Of a stretch of DNA of 64,000 nt, positions 27,219 to 42,061 are shown in pieces. Origin of the DNA: Eledone cirrhosa. Taxonomy: Eukaryota. The notes under the pieces were generated by a model. It had not been told where the DNA came from. It did not search any database and saw only the letters and a list, made by a program, of their open reading frames with translations. The position numbers and the translations under genes were made by a program. Location of the stretch: NCBI GenBank assembly GCA_964016885.1, contig OZ024742.1, positions 34,100,001 to 34,164,000 on the forward strand, in the 5' to 3' direction. The first letter of the stretch is position 1, and every line of letters begins with the position of its first letter.

Positions 27219-30200
27219 TTGGTGTTGTTGTTGGTAGTGTTGGTGTTGTTGGTAGTGTTGGTGTTGTTGGTAGTGTTGGTGTTGTTGGTAGTGTTGGTGT
27301 TGTTGGTAGTGGTGGTGTTGTTGGTAGTGGTCGTGTTGTTGGTAGTGTTGGTGTTGTTGGTAGTGTTGTTGTTGTTGGTAGTGTTGGTGTTGTTGGTAGT
27401 GTTGGTGTTGTTGGTAGTGGTGGTGTTGTTGGTAGTGTTGTTGTTGTTGGTAGTGTTGGTGTTGTTGGTAGTGTTGGTGTTGTTGGTAGTGGTGGTGTTG
27501 TTGGTAGTGGTCGTGTTGTTGGTAGTGTTGGTGTTGTTGGTAGTGGTGGTGTTGTTGGTAGTGTTGTTGTTGTTGGTAGTGTTGGTGATGTTGGTAGTGG
27601 TGATGTTGTTGGTAGTGTTGGTGTTGTTGGTAGTGTTGGTGTTGTTGGTAGTGGTGGTGTTGTTGGTAGTGGTGATGTTGTTGGTAGTGTTGGTGTTGTT
27701 GGTAGTGTTGGTGTTGTTGGTAGTGGTGGTGTTGTTGGTAGTGTTGGTGTTGTTGGTAGTGGTGGTGTTGTTGGTAGTGTTGGTGTTGTTGGTAGTGGTG
27801 GTGTTGTTGGTAGTGGTGATGTTGTTGGTAGTGTTGGTGTTGTTGGTAGTGGTGGTGTTGTTGGTAGTGGTGGTGTTGTTGGTAGTGGTGGTGTTGTTGG
27901 TAGTGTTGGTGTTGTTGGTAGTGTTGGTGTTGTTGGTAGTGTTGGTGTTGTTGGTAGTGGTGGTGTTGTTGGTAGTGGTGGTGTTGTTGGTAGTGTTGTT
28001 GGTAGTGGTGATGTTGTCGGTAGTGTTGGTGATGTTGGTAGTGTTGGTGTTGTTGGTAGTGGTTGTGTTGTTGGTAGTGGTGGTGTTGTTGGTAGTGTTG
28101 GTGTTGTTGGTAGTGGTCGTGATGTTGGTAGTGGTTGTGTTGTTGGTAGTGCTGGTGTTGTTGGTAGTGTTGGTGTTGTTGGTAGTGGTGGTGTTGTTGG
28201 TAGTGTTGGTGTTGTTGGTAGTGGTCGTGTTGTTGGTAGTGGTTGTGTTGTTGGTAGTGGTTGTGTTGTTGGTAGTGTTGGTGATGTTGGTAGTGGTGGT
28301 GTTGTTGGTAGTGGTGGTGTTGTTGGTAGTGGTGGTGTTGTTGGTAGTGGTCGTGTTGTTGGTAGTGTTGGTGTTGTTGGTAGTGGTGGTGATGTTGGTA
28401 GTGTTGGTGTTGTTGGTAGTGTTGGTGTTGTTGGTAGTGTTGGTGTTGTTGGTAGTGTTGGTGTTGTTGGTAGTGGTTGTGTTGTTGGTAGTGTTGGTGT
28501 TGTTGGTAGTGGTGGTGTTGTTGGTAGTGTTGGTGTTGTTGGTAGTGTTGGTGTTGTTGGTAGTGGTTGTGTTGTTGGTAGTGTTGGTGTTGTTGGTAGT
28601 GGTTGTGTTGTTGGTAGTGGTTGTGTTGTTGGTAGTGTTGGTGTTGTTGGTAGTGGTGGTGTTGTTGGTAGTGTTGGTGTTGTTGGTAGTGGTTGTGTTG
28701 TTGGTAGTGTTGGTGTTGTTGGTAGTGGTGGTGTTGTTGGTAGTGTTGGTGTTGTTGGTAGTGTTGGTGTTGTTGGTAGTGTTGGTGTTGTTGGTAGTGG
28801 TGGTGTTGTTGGTAGTGTTGTTGGTAGTGGTGGTGTTGTTGGTAGTGGTGGTGTTGTTGGTAGTGGTGGTGTTGTTGGTAGTGGTGGTGTTGTTGGTAGT
28901 GTTGGTGTTGTTGGTAGTGGTGGTGTTGTTGGTAGTGGTGGTGTTGTTGGTAGTGTTGGTGTTGTTGGTAGTGGTGGTGTTGTTGGTAGTGTTGGTGTTG
29001 TTGGTAGTGTTGGTGTTGTTGGTAGTGTTGGTGTTGTTGGTAGTGGTGGTGTTGTTGGTAGTGGTGGTGTTGTTGGTAGTGTTGGTGTTGTTGGTAGTGG
29101 TGGTGTTGTTGGTAGTGGTGGTGTTGTTGGTAGTGTTGGTGTTGTGGGTAGTGTTGGTGTTGTTGGTAGTGTTGGTGTTGTTGGTAGTGTTGGTGTTGTT
29201 GGTAGTGTTGGTGTTGTTGGTAGTGGTGGTGTTGTTGGTAGTGTTGGTGTTGTTGGTAGTGGTGGTGTTGTTGGTAGTGGTGATGTTGTTGGTAGTGGTG
29301 GTGTTGTTGGTAGTGGTGGTGTTGTTGGTAGTGGTGGTGTTGTTGGTAGTGTTGGTGATGTTGGTAGTGGTGGTGATGTTGGTAGTGGTGGTGATGTTGG
29401 TAGTGGTGGTGTTGTTGGTAGTGTTGGTGTTGTTGGTAGTGGTTGTGTTGTTGGTAGTGGTAGTGTTGTTGGTAGTGTTGGTGTTGTTGGTAGTGGTGGT
29501 GTTGTTGGTAGTGTTGGTGTTGTTGGTAGTGTTGGTGTTGTTGGTAGTGTTGGTGTTGTTGGTAGTGGTGGTGTTGTTGGTAGTGTTGGTGTTGTTGGTA
29601 GTGTTGGTGTTGTTGGTAGTGTTGTTGTTGTTGGTAGTGTTGGTGTTGTTGGTAGTGTTGGTGTTGTTGGTAGTGGTGATGTTGTTGGTAGTGGTGGTGT
29701 TGTTGGTAGTGGTGATGTTGTTGGTAGTGTTGGTGATGTTGGTAGTGGTGGTGTTGTTGGTAGTGGCGGTGTTGTTGGTAGTGTTGGTGTTGTTGGTAGT
29801 GGTGGTGTTGTTGGTAGTGGTGGTGTTGTTTGTAGTGTTGGTGTTGTTGGTAGTGGTGATGTTGTTGGTAGTGGTGGTGTTGTTGGTAGTGGTTGTGTTG
29901 TTGGTAGTGTTGGTGTTGTTGGTAGTGGTGGTGTTGTTGGTAGTGGCGGTGTTGTTGGTAGTGGTGGTGTTGTTGGTAGTGGTGGTGTTGTTGGTAGTGT
30001 TGGTGTTGTTGGTAGTGGTGGTGTTGTTGGTAGTGGTGGTGTTGTTGGTAGTGTTGGTGTTGTTGGTAGTGGTGGTGTTGTTGGTAGTGGTTGTGTTGTT
30101 GGTAGTGGTGATGTTGTTGGTAGTGTTGGTGTTGTTGGTAGTGGTGGTGTTGTTGGTAGTGTTGGTGTTGTTGGTAGTGGTGGTGTTGTTGGTAGTGGTG

Positions 30201-32790
30201 GTGTTGTTGGTAGTGGTGGTGGTGTTGGTAGTGGTGGTATTGTTGGTAGTGGTTGTGTTGTTGGTAGTGGTGGTGTTGTTGGTAGTGGTGGTGTTGTTGG
30301 TAGTGGTGGTGTTGTTGGTAGTGTTGGTGTTGTTGGTAGTCTTGGTGTTGTTGGTAGTGTTGGTGTTGTTGGTAGTGGTGGTGTTGTTGGTAGTGTTGGT
30401 GTTGTTGGTAGTCTTGGTGTTGTTGGTAGTGTTGATGTTGTTGGTAGTGTTGGTGTTGTTGGTAGTGTTGGTGTTGTTGGTAGTGTTGGTGTTGTTGGTA
30501 GTGGTGGTGTTGTTGGTAGTGTTGGTGTTGTTGGTAGTGGTCGTGTTGTTGGTAGTGGTGGTGTTGTTGGTAGTGGTGGTGTTGTTGGTAGTGTTGGTGT
30601 TGTTGGTAGTGGTGGTGTTGTTGGTAGTGGTGATGTTGTTGGTAGTGTTGTTGTTGTTGGTAGCGGTGGTGTTGTTGGTAGTGGTAGTGTTGTTGGTAGT
30701 GGTGGTGTTGTTGGTAGTGGTTGTGTTGTTGGTAGTGTTGTTGGTAGTGGTGATGTTGTTGGTAGTGTTGGTGTTGTTGGTAGTGGTGGTGGTGTTGGTA
30801 GTGGTGGTGTTGTTGGTAGTGGTGGTGTTGTTGGTAGTGTTGGTGTTGTTGGTAGTGTTGGTGTTGTTGGTAGTGGTGGTGTTGTTGGTAGTGTTGTTGG
30901 TAGTGGTGATGTTGTTGGTAGTGGTGGTGTTGTTGGTAGTGGTGGTGTTGTTGGTAGTGTTGTTGTTGTTGGTAGCGGTGGTGTTGTTGGTAGTGGTAGT
31001 GTTGTTGGTAGTGGTGGTGTTGTTGGTAGTGGTTGTGTTGTTGGTAGTGTTGTTGGTAGTGGTGGTGTTGTTGGTGTTGTTGGTAGTGTTGGTGTTGTTG
31101 GTAGTGTTGGTGTTGTTGGTAGTGGTGGTGTTGTTGGTAGTGGTGGTGTTGTTGGTAGTGGTGGTGTTGTTGGTAGTGGTTGTGTTGTTGGTAGTGCTGG
31201 TGTTGTTGGTAGTGTTGGTGTTGTTGGTAGTGGTGGTGTTGTTGGTAGTGTTGGTGTTGTTGGTAGTGTTGGTGTTGTTGGTAGTGGTGGTGTTGTTGGT
31301 AGTGTTGGTGTTGTTGGTAGTGTTGGTGTTGTTGCTAGTGGTGGTGTTGTTGGTAGTGGTGGTGTTGTTGGTAGTGTTGGTGTTGTTGGTAGTGGTGATG
31401 TTGTTGGTAGTGTTGGTGTTGTTGGTAGTGGTGGTGTTGTTGGTAGTGTTGGTGTTGTTGGTAGTGTTGGTGTTGTTGGTAGTGGTGGTGTTGTTGGTAG
31501 TGTTGGTGTTGTTGGTAGTGTTGGTGTTGTTGCTAGTGGTGGTGTTGTTGGTAGTGGTGGTGTTGTTGGTAGTGTTGGTGTTGTTGGTAGTGGTGATGTT
31601 GTTGGTAGTGTTGGTGTTGTTGGTAGTGGTGGTGTTGTTGGTAGTGGTGGTGTTGTTGGTAGTGTTGGTGTTGTTGGTAGTGGTGGTATTGTTGGTAGTG
31701 GTGGTGTTGTTGGTAGTGGTGGTGTTGTTGGTAGTGCTGGTGTTGTTGGTAGTGGTGGTGTTGTTGGTAGTGGTGGTGTTGTTGGTAGTGTTGGTGTTGT
31801 TGGTAGTGTTGGTGTTGTTGGTAGTGGTGGTGTTGTTGGTAGTGGTGGTGTTGTTGGTAGTGGTGGTGTTGTCGGTAGTGTTGGTGTTGTTGGTAGCGGT
31901 GGTGTTGTTGGTAGTGGTGGTGTTGTTGGTAGTGGTGGTGTTGTTGGTAGCGGTGGTGTTGTTGGTAGTGTTGGTGTTGTTGGTAGTGTTGGTGTTGTTG
32001 GTAGTGTTGGTGTTGTTGGTAGTGTTGGTGTTGTTGGTAGTGCTGGTGTTGTTGGTAGTGGTGGTGTTGTTGGTAGTGGTGGTGTTGTTGGTAGTGTTGG
32101 TGTTGTTGGTAGTGGTGGTGTTGTTGGTAGTGGTGGTGTTGTTGGTAGTGGTGGTGTTGTTGGTAGTGGTTGTGTTGTTGGTAGTGGTGGTGTTGTTGGT
32201 AGTGGTCGTGTTGTTGGTAGTGGTGGTGTTGTTGGTAGTGGTGGTGTTGTTGGTAGTGGTGGTGTTGTTGGTAGTGGTTGTGTTGTTGGTAGTGTTGGTG
32301 TTGTTGGTAGTGGTGGTGTTGTTGGTAGTGGTGGTGTTGTTGGTAGTGTTGGTGTTGTTGGTAGTGGTGGTGTTGTTGGTAGTGTTGGTGTTGTTGGTAG
32401 TGTTGGTGTTGTTGGTAGTGGTGGTGTTGTTGGTAGTGGTGGTGTTGTTGGTAGTGGTGGTGTTGTTGGTAGTGTTGGTGTTGTTGGTAGTGGTGGTGTT
32501 GTTGGTAGTGGTGGTGTTGTTGGTAGTGGTTGTGTTGTTGGTAGTGGTGGTGTTGTTGGTAGTGGTGATGTTGTTGGTAGTGGTGGTGTTGTTGGTAGTG
32601 GTGATGTTGTTGGTAGTGTTGGTGTTGTTGGTAGTGGTGGTGTTGTTGGTAGTGTTGGTGTTGTTGGTAGTGTTGGTGTTGTTGGTAGTGGTGGTGTTGT
32701 TGGTAGTGGTGGTGTTGTTGGTAGTGTTGGTGTTGTTGGTAGTGTTGTTGGTGTTGTTGGTAGTGTTGGTGTTGTTGGTAGTGGTGGTGG
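27219..32790. repeat. 18-bp minisatellite, about 5.6 kb (roughly 310 units), GTTGTTGGTAGTG(T/G)TGGT
   Basis: Directly visible; followed by a few 21-bp units to about 32925. Gives the (TNNTTT)n and (VVLLVV)n ORFs. Confidence 0.97.
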
Positions 32791-33171
32791 TGGTAAAGGT
32801 ATTGTTGTTCTTTGTCGTGATGGTGGTACAGGTGGTGGCGGTGGTGGTACAGGTGGTGGCGGTGGTGGTGCAGGTGGTGGCAGTAGTGGTGCAGGTGGTG
32901 CCGGTGGTGGTGCAGGTGGTGGCAGTGGGATGGTCTGGAGGGTTAATTTCTTTTTTCTCTTCCACTTCCAAATTGATTATATCAGATAATTCTCTCAATG
33001 TATATCAACCCATAATCAACGTAAAGATTATTATTATAAAATATAATAAGTTAAAAAACTAAACTAGTTTATCATTACCGCATTACTTTCATTACTAATT
33101 ACTATTGCATTAATACATCATTATAAATTACTATTCTAAGTACAAACACACACACTCACACACACATATAG

Positions 33172-33277
<106 letters not shown>

Positions 33278-33423
33278 GATAAGATAGACGGTTTTATTCG
33301 TACATCTTCATTTTATTGTTTAATTCATTAAATGTATATGCATATATGTGTGCGTAAATAAATAAATATATATATATAAATATATATGTATGTATATATA
33401 TATGTACATATATATGTATGTAT

Positions 33424-33490
<67 letters not shown>

Positions 33491-33523
33491 TATATATATA
33501 CATATATATATATGTACATATAT

Positions 33524-33589
<66 letters not shown>

Positions 33590-33593
<4 letters not shown>

Positions 33594-33793
33594 TAAATCA
33601 AGAAAGAAGATTAACATGGTTTGCTATACAAGGGCTTTATTCACATTGCTGACCATTGTTTCCTCTGAACTGGTAGGTCTAGAGATCGCTACCCGCCTCT
33701 AGACCTACCAGTTCAGAGAAACAATTGTCAGCAATGTGAATAAAGCTCTTATTGTATAGCAAACCGTGTAACTCTTCTTTCTTGATTTATTAT
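33590..33793. repeat. About 95-bp-arm palindrome with the 3' half of a hammerhead (GAAAC-AATT-GTC)
   Basis: ...ctctgaactggtaggtctagag [atcgctacccgc] ctctagacctaccagttcagag...; abuts (TA)n. Confidence 0.85.
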
Positions 33794-33982
33794 TACTCCA
33801 AGTGTAAACTACATAGAAATCACCGCGTACTCACAGCATCACTATGGAAACGTCTTGTTGAGTCAAACTTAGCCAAGCGTTAATACTATCCACTACTCGG
33901 AGTACCCTAACTGGACTACATCTAAGTGGACCACCTATAACAATAATTTGTTATCCAGTATATATATATATAGATAGATAAC

Positions 33983-34092
<110 letters not shown>

Positions 34093-34434
34093 GTATATAT
34101 ATATATATATATACAGAGATAGATAGAGAGAGAGAGAGAGATTAGTTATCTATCTATGCACTGTTTTACTGGTGAATTCTTTTTATTTTGTATTGTTACA
34201 CTTGCTTTAAAGTAACGTAAACTGTATTTAGTCATTACATCTATAATTATTGCGATTGTTATTATTTTCCGTCTGGTGGCCGTAGCTAAAGAGCTGGTGT
34301 GATGGACCAGGTTGAAAGGACTGAAGGCAGACACTCTTCTCTTTGGCCAATCCGTCACCTCCTGATGATGACAATATCAGTCACAACGCCACCTATACTA
34401 ACATAAGAAATATCACAACAATATATAATGGTTT

Positions 34435-34605
34435 TTCGAATAGGCACAAGGCCAGTAATTTGGGGAGAGGAGAAAGTCGATTAAATCGACCCCCTGTAAG
34501 TTACTGGTGCTTTATTTTATCGACCCCCGTAAGTATGAAAAGCAAAGTTAACCTCAGACTGTAAAGGGCCACAATTCTATGCTGCAAAGCAAGGCACCCG
34601 ACCCT
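34435..34605 (-). mobile_element. Family-A SINE (diverged)
   Basis: ggcacaaggccagtaatt...tttattttatcgacccccgtaagtatgaaaagcaaagttaacctc. Confidence 0.75.
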
Positions 34606-35522
34606 AAGTAATTAAAAATGTAAGTAATTAATTAAAGAAATAGGTATTTTTTATAGAATCAATATGGTTTCACGTAATATAAGAAATTACAAATTACATG
34701 TAAAATGTAGCATACAATATAAAATATATGTCATAATATATAATAAATAATATAATAATACTTAAAGTACTCTCAGATCACGAATAATCGTCCCCTTTCC
34801 CCCACTTATTAAGTTTTAAGATCCCCCGGCTACACCCCACACACTGCTTATTAAATTTTGGTTATCTATCTCTTGTGAAATTTTATTTTAAGTGGTAGCA
34901 TTCTTAATAATTAATTTTATTTAGACATTAAAAAGAATTATACATGACAAAAAAAAAAAAAAATTCTGGCTTTCAAAAAATCGAGGGAGACAACAGAAAC
35001 ATTATCGATTTTTCACCGCCTCGCTTATTCCAGACTTCCTTATTTTTTTTTTTTGGGGGGGGGGGGAGGGGGAGGGGGCTGAGAGTATACGAGATCAATA
35101 CAAAGTTATAAAATGTTCATGTGCTAGTTGGAGTGTAGAAAATCTTCCATAGGCATCTAAGTTTGTGTGTATGGTATACTATGTATATTACAGAACATAG
35201 GCGCTTTGTACATCGTACGCATCGTGTAATGTGTGCGCAATTACGTCAGCAATGTCATAATATGGTAAACATATTACATAATATGGTAAAACATATTACA
35301 TAATATGATACAAAATATAATATAAAAGATAAAAAAGTATCAAGCTGATTGACTGAAATATCGTCGGCTGTGGTCGATCATGTCAATTTTACAAGACATC
35401 TGTTCAAGCAGGTTGCCTCAGCCTTGAGTGATGGTTTAACTTATCACATTCGTCGGTATCTATCCAATCAAATGTTTACGAAGGTTATACACATTATATA
35501 ATGTACAACTATATATATATCT

Positions 35523-35568
<46 letters not shown>

Positions 35569-35738
35569 TGAAGTTGGAAATAGCACGGAAATTATATCCT
35601 AGGGTCTGTTTTTCTTTCTTTTTCCTTTCTTTGATTCGTCAAAGTGACATTATTGAAACAATGAGAGGGACAATTCTTTTAAAAAAGAGTTTTATAATAT
35701 AAAGTATATAAAGTATTACAATTAAAGTATTACAATTG

Positions 35739-35929
35739 AGTATTACAATTAAAAAGAATTAATAAAAATTAAAAACTAAAAATTAAAGATTTAAAATTAA
35801 GAGGTAAGTTTTTTCACCTTCCTTCTCAACGAGGAAGGTGAAAAAAAACTTACCTCTTAATATTAAATCTTTAATGTTTAGTTTTTAATTCTTATTAATT
35901 CTTATTAATTCTTTTTAATTGCAATACTC
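35739..35929. repeat. AT-rich palindrome (about 85-100-bp arms)
   Basis: ttaagaggtaagttttttcaccttcct [tctcaacg] aggaaggtgaaaaaaaacttacctcttaa. Confidence 0.85.
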
Positions 35930-36663
35930 CACATTTGATAAGATGAATTTTACTAATACATCGAAACCAGTTTAGCGACCTATATAAAATAACAACTCTA
36001 TCCTCTGCGTTATGGATATTATTTGTTTCCTTAGATAAGTGTTGAAAATTTATTGGGCCTCACAGAACGTTGGATAGAATGTTTTATCGTACTCATTCCG
36101 ACTCTGATCTCTGAGTTCAAATCACGCTGAGGTCAACTATGCCTTTCATCCTCATGATTAAAAAAAGAAAGGCTGTAATTTAAAAGGACACATGAAACAC
36201 CATCAAGTTTCCGTGGAATGCCATGATAGATTGTTTCTGTTTTTCGTAGTCTAAAAATGCTTTGTACCTCTCAGGAAAAAATGTGTACGATTTACTGGTT
36301 GTCTCACTATAAGTTCACAGAGTATTCGTTTCATGATATCATCACTATATTATATGTAATATAATCAGCACAGCACTTCTGCACCCATGAGGTGTAATTA
36401 ACCTTTCAATATACAACAGCTAATCACAGAATAGGCTGACTCTCGCTCTAAGAATTGACTCTTAATTGCTAATTAACGAATTCACCGGTTAGAAGTTTTT
36501 GTTCATTAGCGTACTTTCAATTGTATTTTGAACCAAGACACACACACACACACCATTATATATATACTTTTCACATGTATATATATGTGAATGTGTGTGT
36601 GTGTATGTGTGTGTGTGTTAAGGATGAAGATCGAAGTTTCACTTCAATATACTTTATTCTTAA

Positions 36664-36774
36664 TAACGCGTAACACGTGTTTCACAAATAATCAGCCAAG
36701 AACCACATGTAGTTACGTAACAGTCTGGTAGCATGCAGCTCGACACTGGATTCGATTTACTCATCAGACATATT
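36664..36774 (-). ncRNA. Hammerhead motif with extended stem II
   Basis: aatatgt CTGATGA gtaaat...atttgt GAAAC-ACGT-GTT acgcgtt; next to (TG)n. Confidence 0.6.
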
Positions 36775-37349
36775 AAAAACTATGTTCGTATAAGGTGTCA
36801 AGCCTGGTATTATACAGGATATAGACCCCTCCACCTCGTCTTGCCGTAATGTGTTGGACTTATATTGTACACATGCCATGACGAAGCCGACACGATATAA
36901 TTCTATTGTTATCTTGGCACCTTTACTTTTCTAATACATTGCATGGTTTTCAAAATCATTTAAATTCATATTTCCTATTCAACAATGCTTCAAGCAAACT
37001 ACAACACTCAGTTATCTTATAGTAACGTTTAATTATGTTCTGAGTTACAATACTGACGAAGTCAACTTTGTATTTCAGCCTTTCGGGATCGACAAAATAG
37101 AGTACCAGTTAAAAGAGATCTATATAATCAAATTACCCCTTCCACCAAATTGCTGATCTCGTGTCAATGTTAGAAAGAACCATAGGATGCAAATGACCAA
37201 CGGTTTAGTCTTGGCCGTTTAACATTCTATCCGGTAATAATATTTACACTTAACTTTCCATAAGTGGTGAGTACTTAGTTGACTAATAGTATAACTAGTA
37301 TTAACTAGTAATATTTCATCCCTTCTCATCTCTCTCTCTCTATATATAT

Positions 37350-37590
37350 ATAATAGAAAACGAAAAATCAGTGATGCATCTGAACTCAATTTATTGTGTG
37401 TTACAACTGTTTCCCCGGCGGGAATGTATTCCGGTGAGAGAATATGCTCCGAAATCATTAAACGTGTCCGTCGAACCTGCGGGTCCAGAATCAGACAGAT
37501 CCACACAATAATAGCGTCTCGAGCTGTCCGCCGGGGAAACAATTGTAACACACAATAAATTAAGTTCAGATGCATCACTCATTTTCTATT
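37350..37590. repeat. Inverted repeat with the 3' half of a hammerhead (GAAAC-AATT-GTA)
   Basis: agtgatgcatctgaact.aatttattgtgtgttacaa.tgtttccccggcgg is mirrored at about 37527-37580. Confidence 0.8.
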
Positions 37591-37757
37591 CTATCATACT
37601 CTGCTCTCTAAGACAAGCACATACACACACACATATATATATGCTCCTTTAAAAAAAAATTGTTCATCTCATTTCTTCAATAATGTCACTTTGACGGATC
37701 AAAGAAGAAAAGTAGAGCAGATTCTTTAAATATATTTTCCGTGGTGTTTCCAATTCT

Positions 37758-37861
<104 letters not shown>

Positions 37862-37879
37862 ATATATATATATATATAT

Positions 37880-38967
<1,088 letters not shown>

Positions 38968-39096
38968 ATATATCAATGTCAGACCCACACACAGTCTTTT
39001 TTCTTACTTATTAACGTATTTGTGTACTCCGTTGTGTATAATTGATGTTGATGTTTACAAATGAGAATATATGTATATATATATATATACATATAT

Positions 39097-39875
39097 AAAA
39101 ACGGAAAAAATGAAACGAAATTTCATTTCTCACCCTTAGTACGGCTGTTACTTAAATATAAGTATGTATACGTACATACATATATGTATACAGACGTACA
39201 GTAGTATGTATATATATATACATATATGCACACGTATATATATGTACGTATGGATTCACTGAACATTTATTATAATGCTCGGTGTGTTTGTAAACAAACA
39301 TCCCGTATTAAGCAGTAGTGTCTAGCAACCATCGTTGCTCATTTGTTCAACCCTGACAAATTTGTTCAACCCTGCAAATTAGGCTGCTCAGCCGTTAATA
39401 TGCATAAGGAAAGTATATACTTTCAGACGTTCAATCATCTGGCAGGAAAGTATACGTTGCTGACGATAACTAATAAGCTTGAAACTAGTACAGCGTTCCT
39501 TTGTCAGGGTTGAACAAATGAGCAACGATGCTGTACGGCTTAATTCGAGATGTTTGTTTACATACACACTGAGCATTATAATAAATGTTCGGTGAATCCA
39601 TACGTACATATATATATGTGTGCATGTATGTATATATATATTGTACATACTACTCAGGGCATCAACATATGTTAACCTTGGTCTTCCTCTTCCAGTGTGT
39701 CCATGTCTGAGGACAGACACTGGTCTGTTGGAGATGCAGGATATAGCAGCGATAATGAGGGACAGAGACCGCTGGAGAGAACTCGTCCATGGATCTCGGG
39801 AATTTTACCCGCCTTAGATAGATACATACTACTGTACGTCTGTATACATATATGTATGTAGGTATACATACTTAT
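39097..39875. mobile_element. Fold-back hammerhead cassette (family H2), hammerhead at 39454-39496 (+)
   Basis: acgttg CTGACGA ...agctt GAAAC-TA-GTA cagcgt; the left arm mirrors the downstream tail. Paralog at 44494-45260. Confidence 0.8.
39655..39822 (+). mobile_element. 5'-inverted, truncated RTE-clade LINE 3' end with an 11-bp TSD
   Basis: Minus piece HGHTGRGRPRLTYVDAL, plus piece LRTDTGL...MRDRDRWRELV, a (TAGA) tail, and tacatactact at 39644-39654 and 39823-39833. Confidence 0.85.
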
Positions 39876-39887
39876 ATATATATATAT

Positions 39888-40398
<511 letters not shown>

Positions 40399-40914
40399 CT
40401 TTAGGTCGTTTGGAAGCCTCGACAATGCAAATGGGTAAATCTCCGGGTAACAAGGTCCGGTGGTGGAGAGAGAGATGTAATTGGGTGTACGTTGAGAAGC
40501 GTGGTGTGTATAAGATGTGTGAGATGTGTAGAATGAGGGAAGAGTATAAAGGTTAAAATAAAAATAACAACACAAGAGAGAGTTACCTTGGGAGAGATTT
40601 AATAGTCCCTATATATTTCGGATTCACACCATCAACTGGGGTGTTTTTCCGGGGTGGGGGTAAAGGTTGTCTGTCGGACAAGCCCGGAACGCGTCTTTCG
40701 CTGTTTGTTGTTTTGAATATCTGAGGTATTCGGCAGAGCGCGCGTGCGCGTGAAATGGGGTCGGTCGTACAGAAGTCAGCGGCCGGATGAGGGAGTGGGA
40801 TGGCGCTAGCTGTCAGTCCATTCTCTGCCTGTTTGTTAAATGTTACTGTGTGTGTGTGCGTGCGTGTGTTGTTGTCTCGCTTGAGTGTGTGTGTGTGTGT
40901 GTGTGTGTGTTGTC

Positions 40915-41040
40915 GAAAACCAACCAAAGAGTGAGTCTGTTCTGTTATTATTTCTGGCAATATTACAATAATATGACACTCCCCAATTATAACAATATTT
41001 GTTTCGACACGATTTTATCTAAAAAACCATGCAAAACTAA
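40915..41040 (+). mobile_element. PLE family P1 3'-terminal tail
   Basis: gaaaaccaaccaaa.agtgagt.tgttctgttattatttctggcaatattac...ccccaa.tataacaata matches 5880-5962. Confidence 0.75.
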
Positions 41041-41042
41041 TA

Positions 41043-41106
<64 letters not shown>

Positions 41107-41107
<1 letters not shown>

Positions 41108-41301
41108 GTTATTCCGGGTTGAATCGGAGGTAACCACAGTAAGTAAGGTACTCAATACATAGCAGAGTATAAAAGTTTTAATGTAGATGAGATTCTACAG
41201 GACTAGAACTGTTTCATTCATTAGAAATCATCAGGAATCTCCTGATGATTTCTAATGAATGAAACAGCTCTAGTCCTGTAGAATCTCATCTACATTAAAA
41301 C

Positions 41302-41302
<1 letters not shown>
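41107..41302. mobile_element. Fold-back cassette (family H1) with a canonical hammerhead at 41189-41241 (minus)
   Basis: gagattc CTGATGA t-ttc-taat-gaa-t GAA-ACAG-ttctagtc-CTGT-A gaatctc. Arms 41174-41236 and 41240-41302; (TA)n on both sides. Confidence 0.9.
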
Positions 41303-41397
<95 letters not shown>

Positions 41398-42061
41398 TGT
41401 CTGTGTGTGTATGTGTGTGTCCGTGTGTGTCTGTGTGTCTGTGTGTGTTTGCGTGCGTGTATGATATTTCTATTGCAGTTGTTCCAATACAGTACCCGAC
41501 ACACATCACACCATACAGTTTATAAAGAGCTACCTGCGTTCGTCGGGGTTGCAACTGAACAGATTTCAACAAGTGTCTCCACATCATACGACGACGATAT
41601 TTATCTATGACGCTATAAAGTCATGCAATAGAAAAGTAATTATCTATATTGGAAGGTGGGGAGACATGTGTAACCAATATAGAACCAGACAACCAAATAC
41701 ACTTAGAATCAAACATGTTTTTATAGTAATGCCTCATTGCATTATTTGAATATAGTTCATTTATTTCTTGTCTTTTACTTTAGTTGATTATCTATATATA
41801 TATGTATATATATATATACACATATATATACATATATATATATATACATATATACATATACATATAAATATATATATATTATATATATATATTATATATA
41901 GAGTTATAAACTCAAATAGTCTTTTATTTTAAATCGAGACAGGCAAACCGTATTATTTTAATTAGTATTTTTCAATCTAGCTAACTTGGTCATTTGCAAT
42001 GCGAACACATGTATACTTGTATCAGTGTTTATCCCTATCATATATTCATTTGTATATATAT

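Noticed and set aside
27219-33062. 1947-aa Val/Leu and 1281-aa Gly/Val/Ser ORFs
   Set aside because: They are by-products of a stop-free 18-bp repeat.
34355-34395. Hammerhead at cctcCTGATGAtgac...gtca
   Set aside because: No GAAA box and no stem I partner.
40600-40660. Hammerhead half GAAA-TATA-TA-ggga on the minus strand
   Set aside because: No convincing CTGANGA box upstream.
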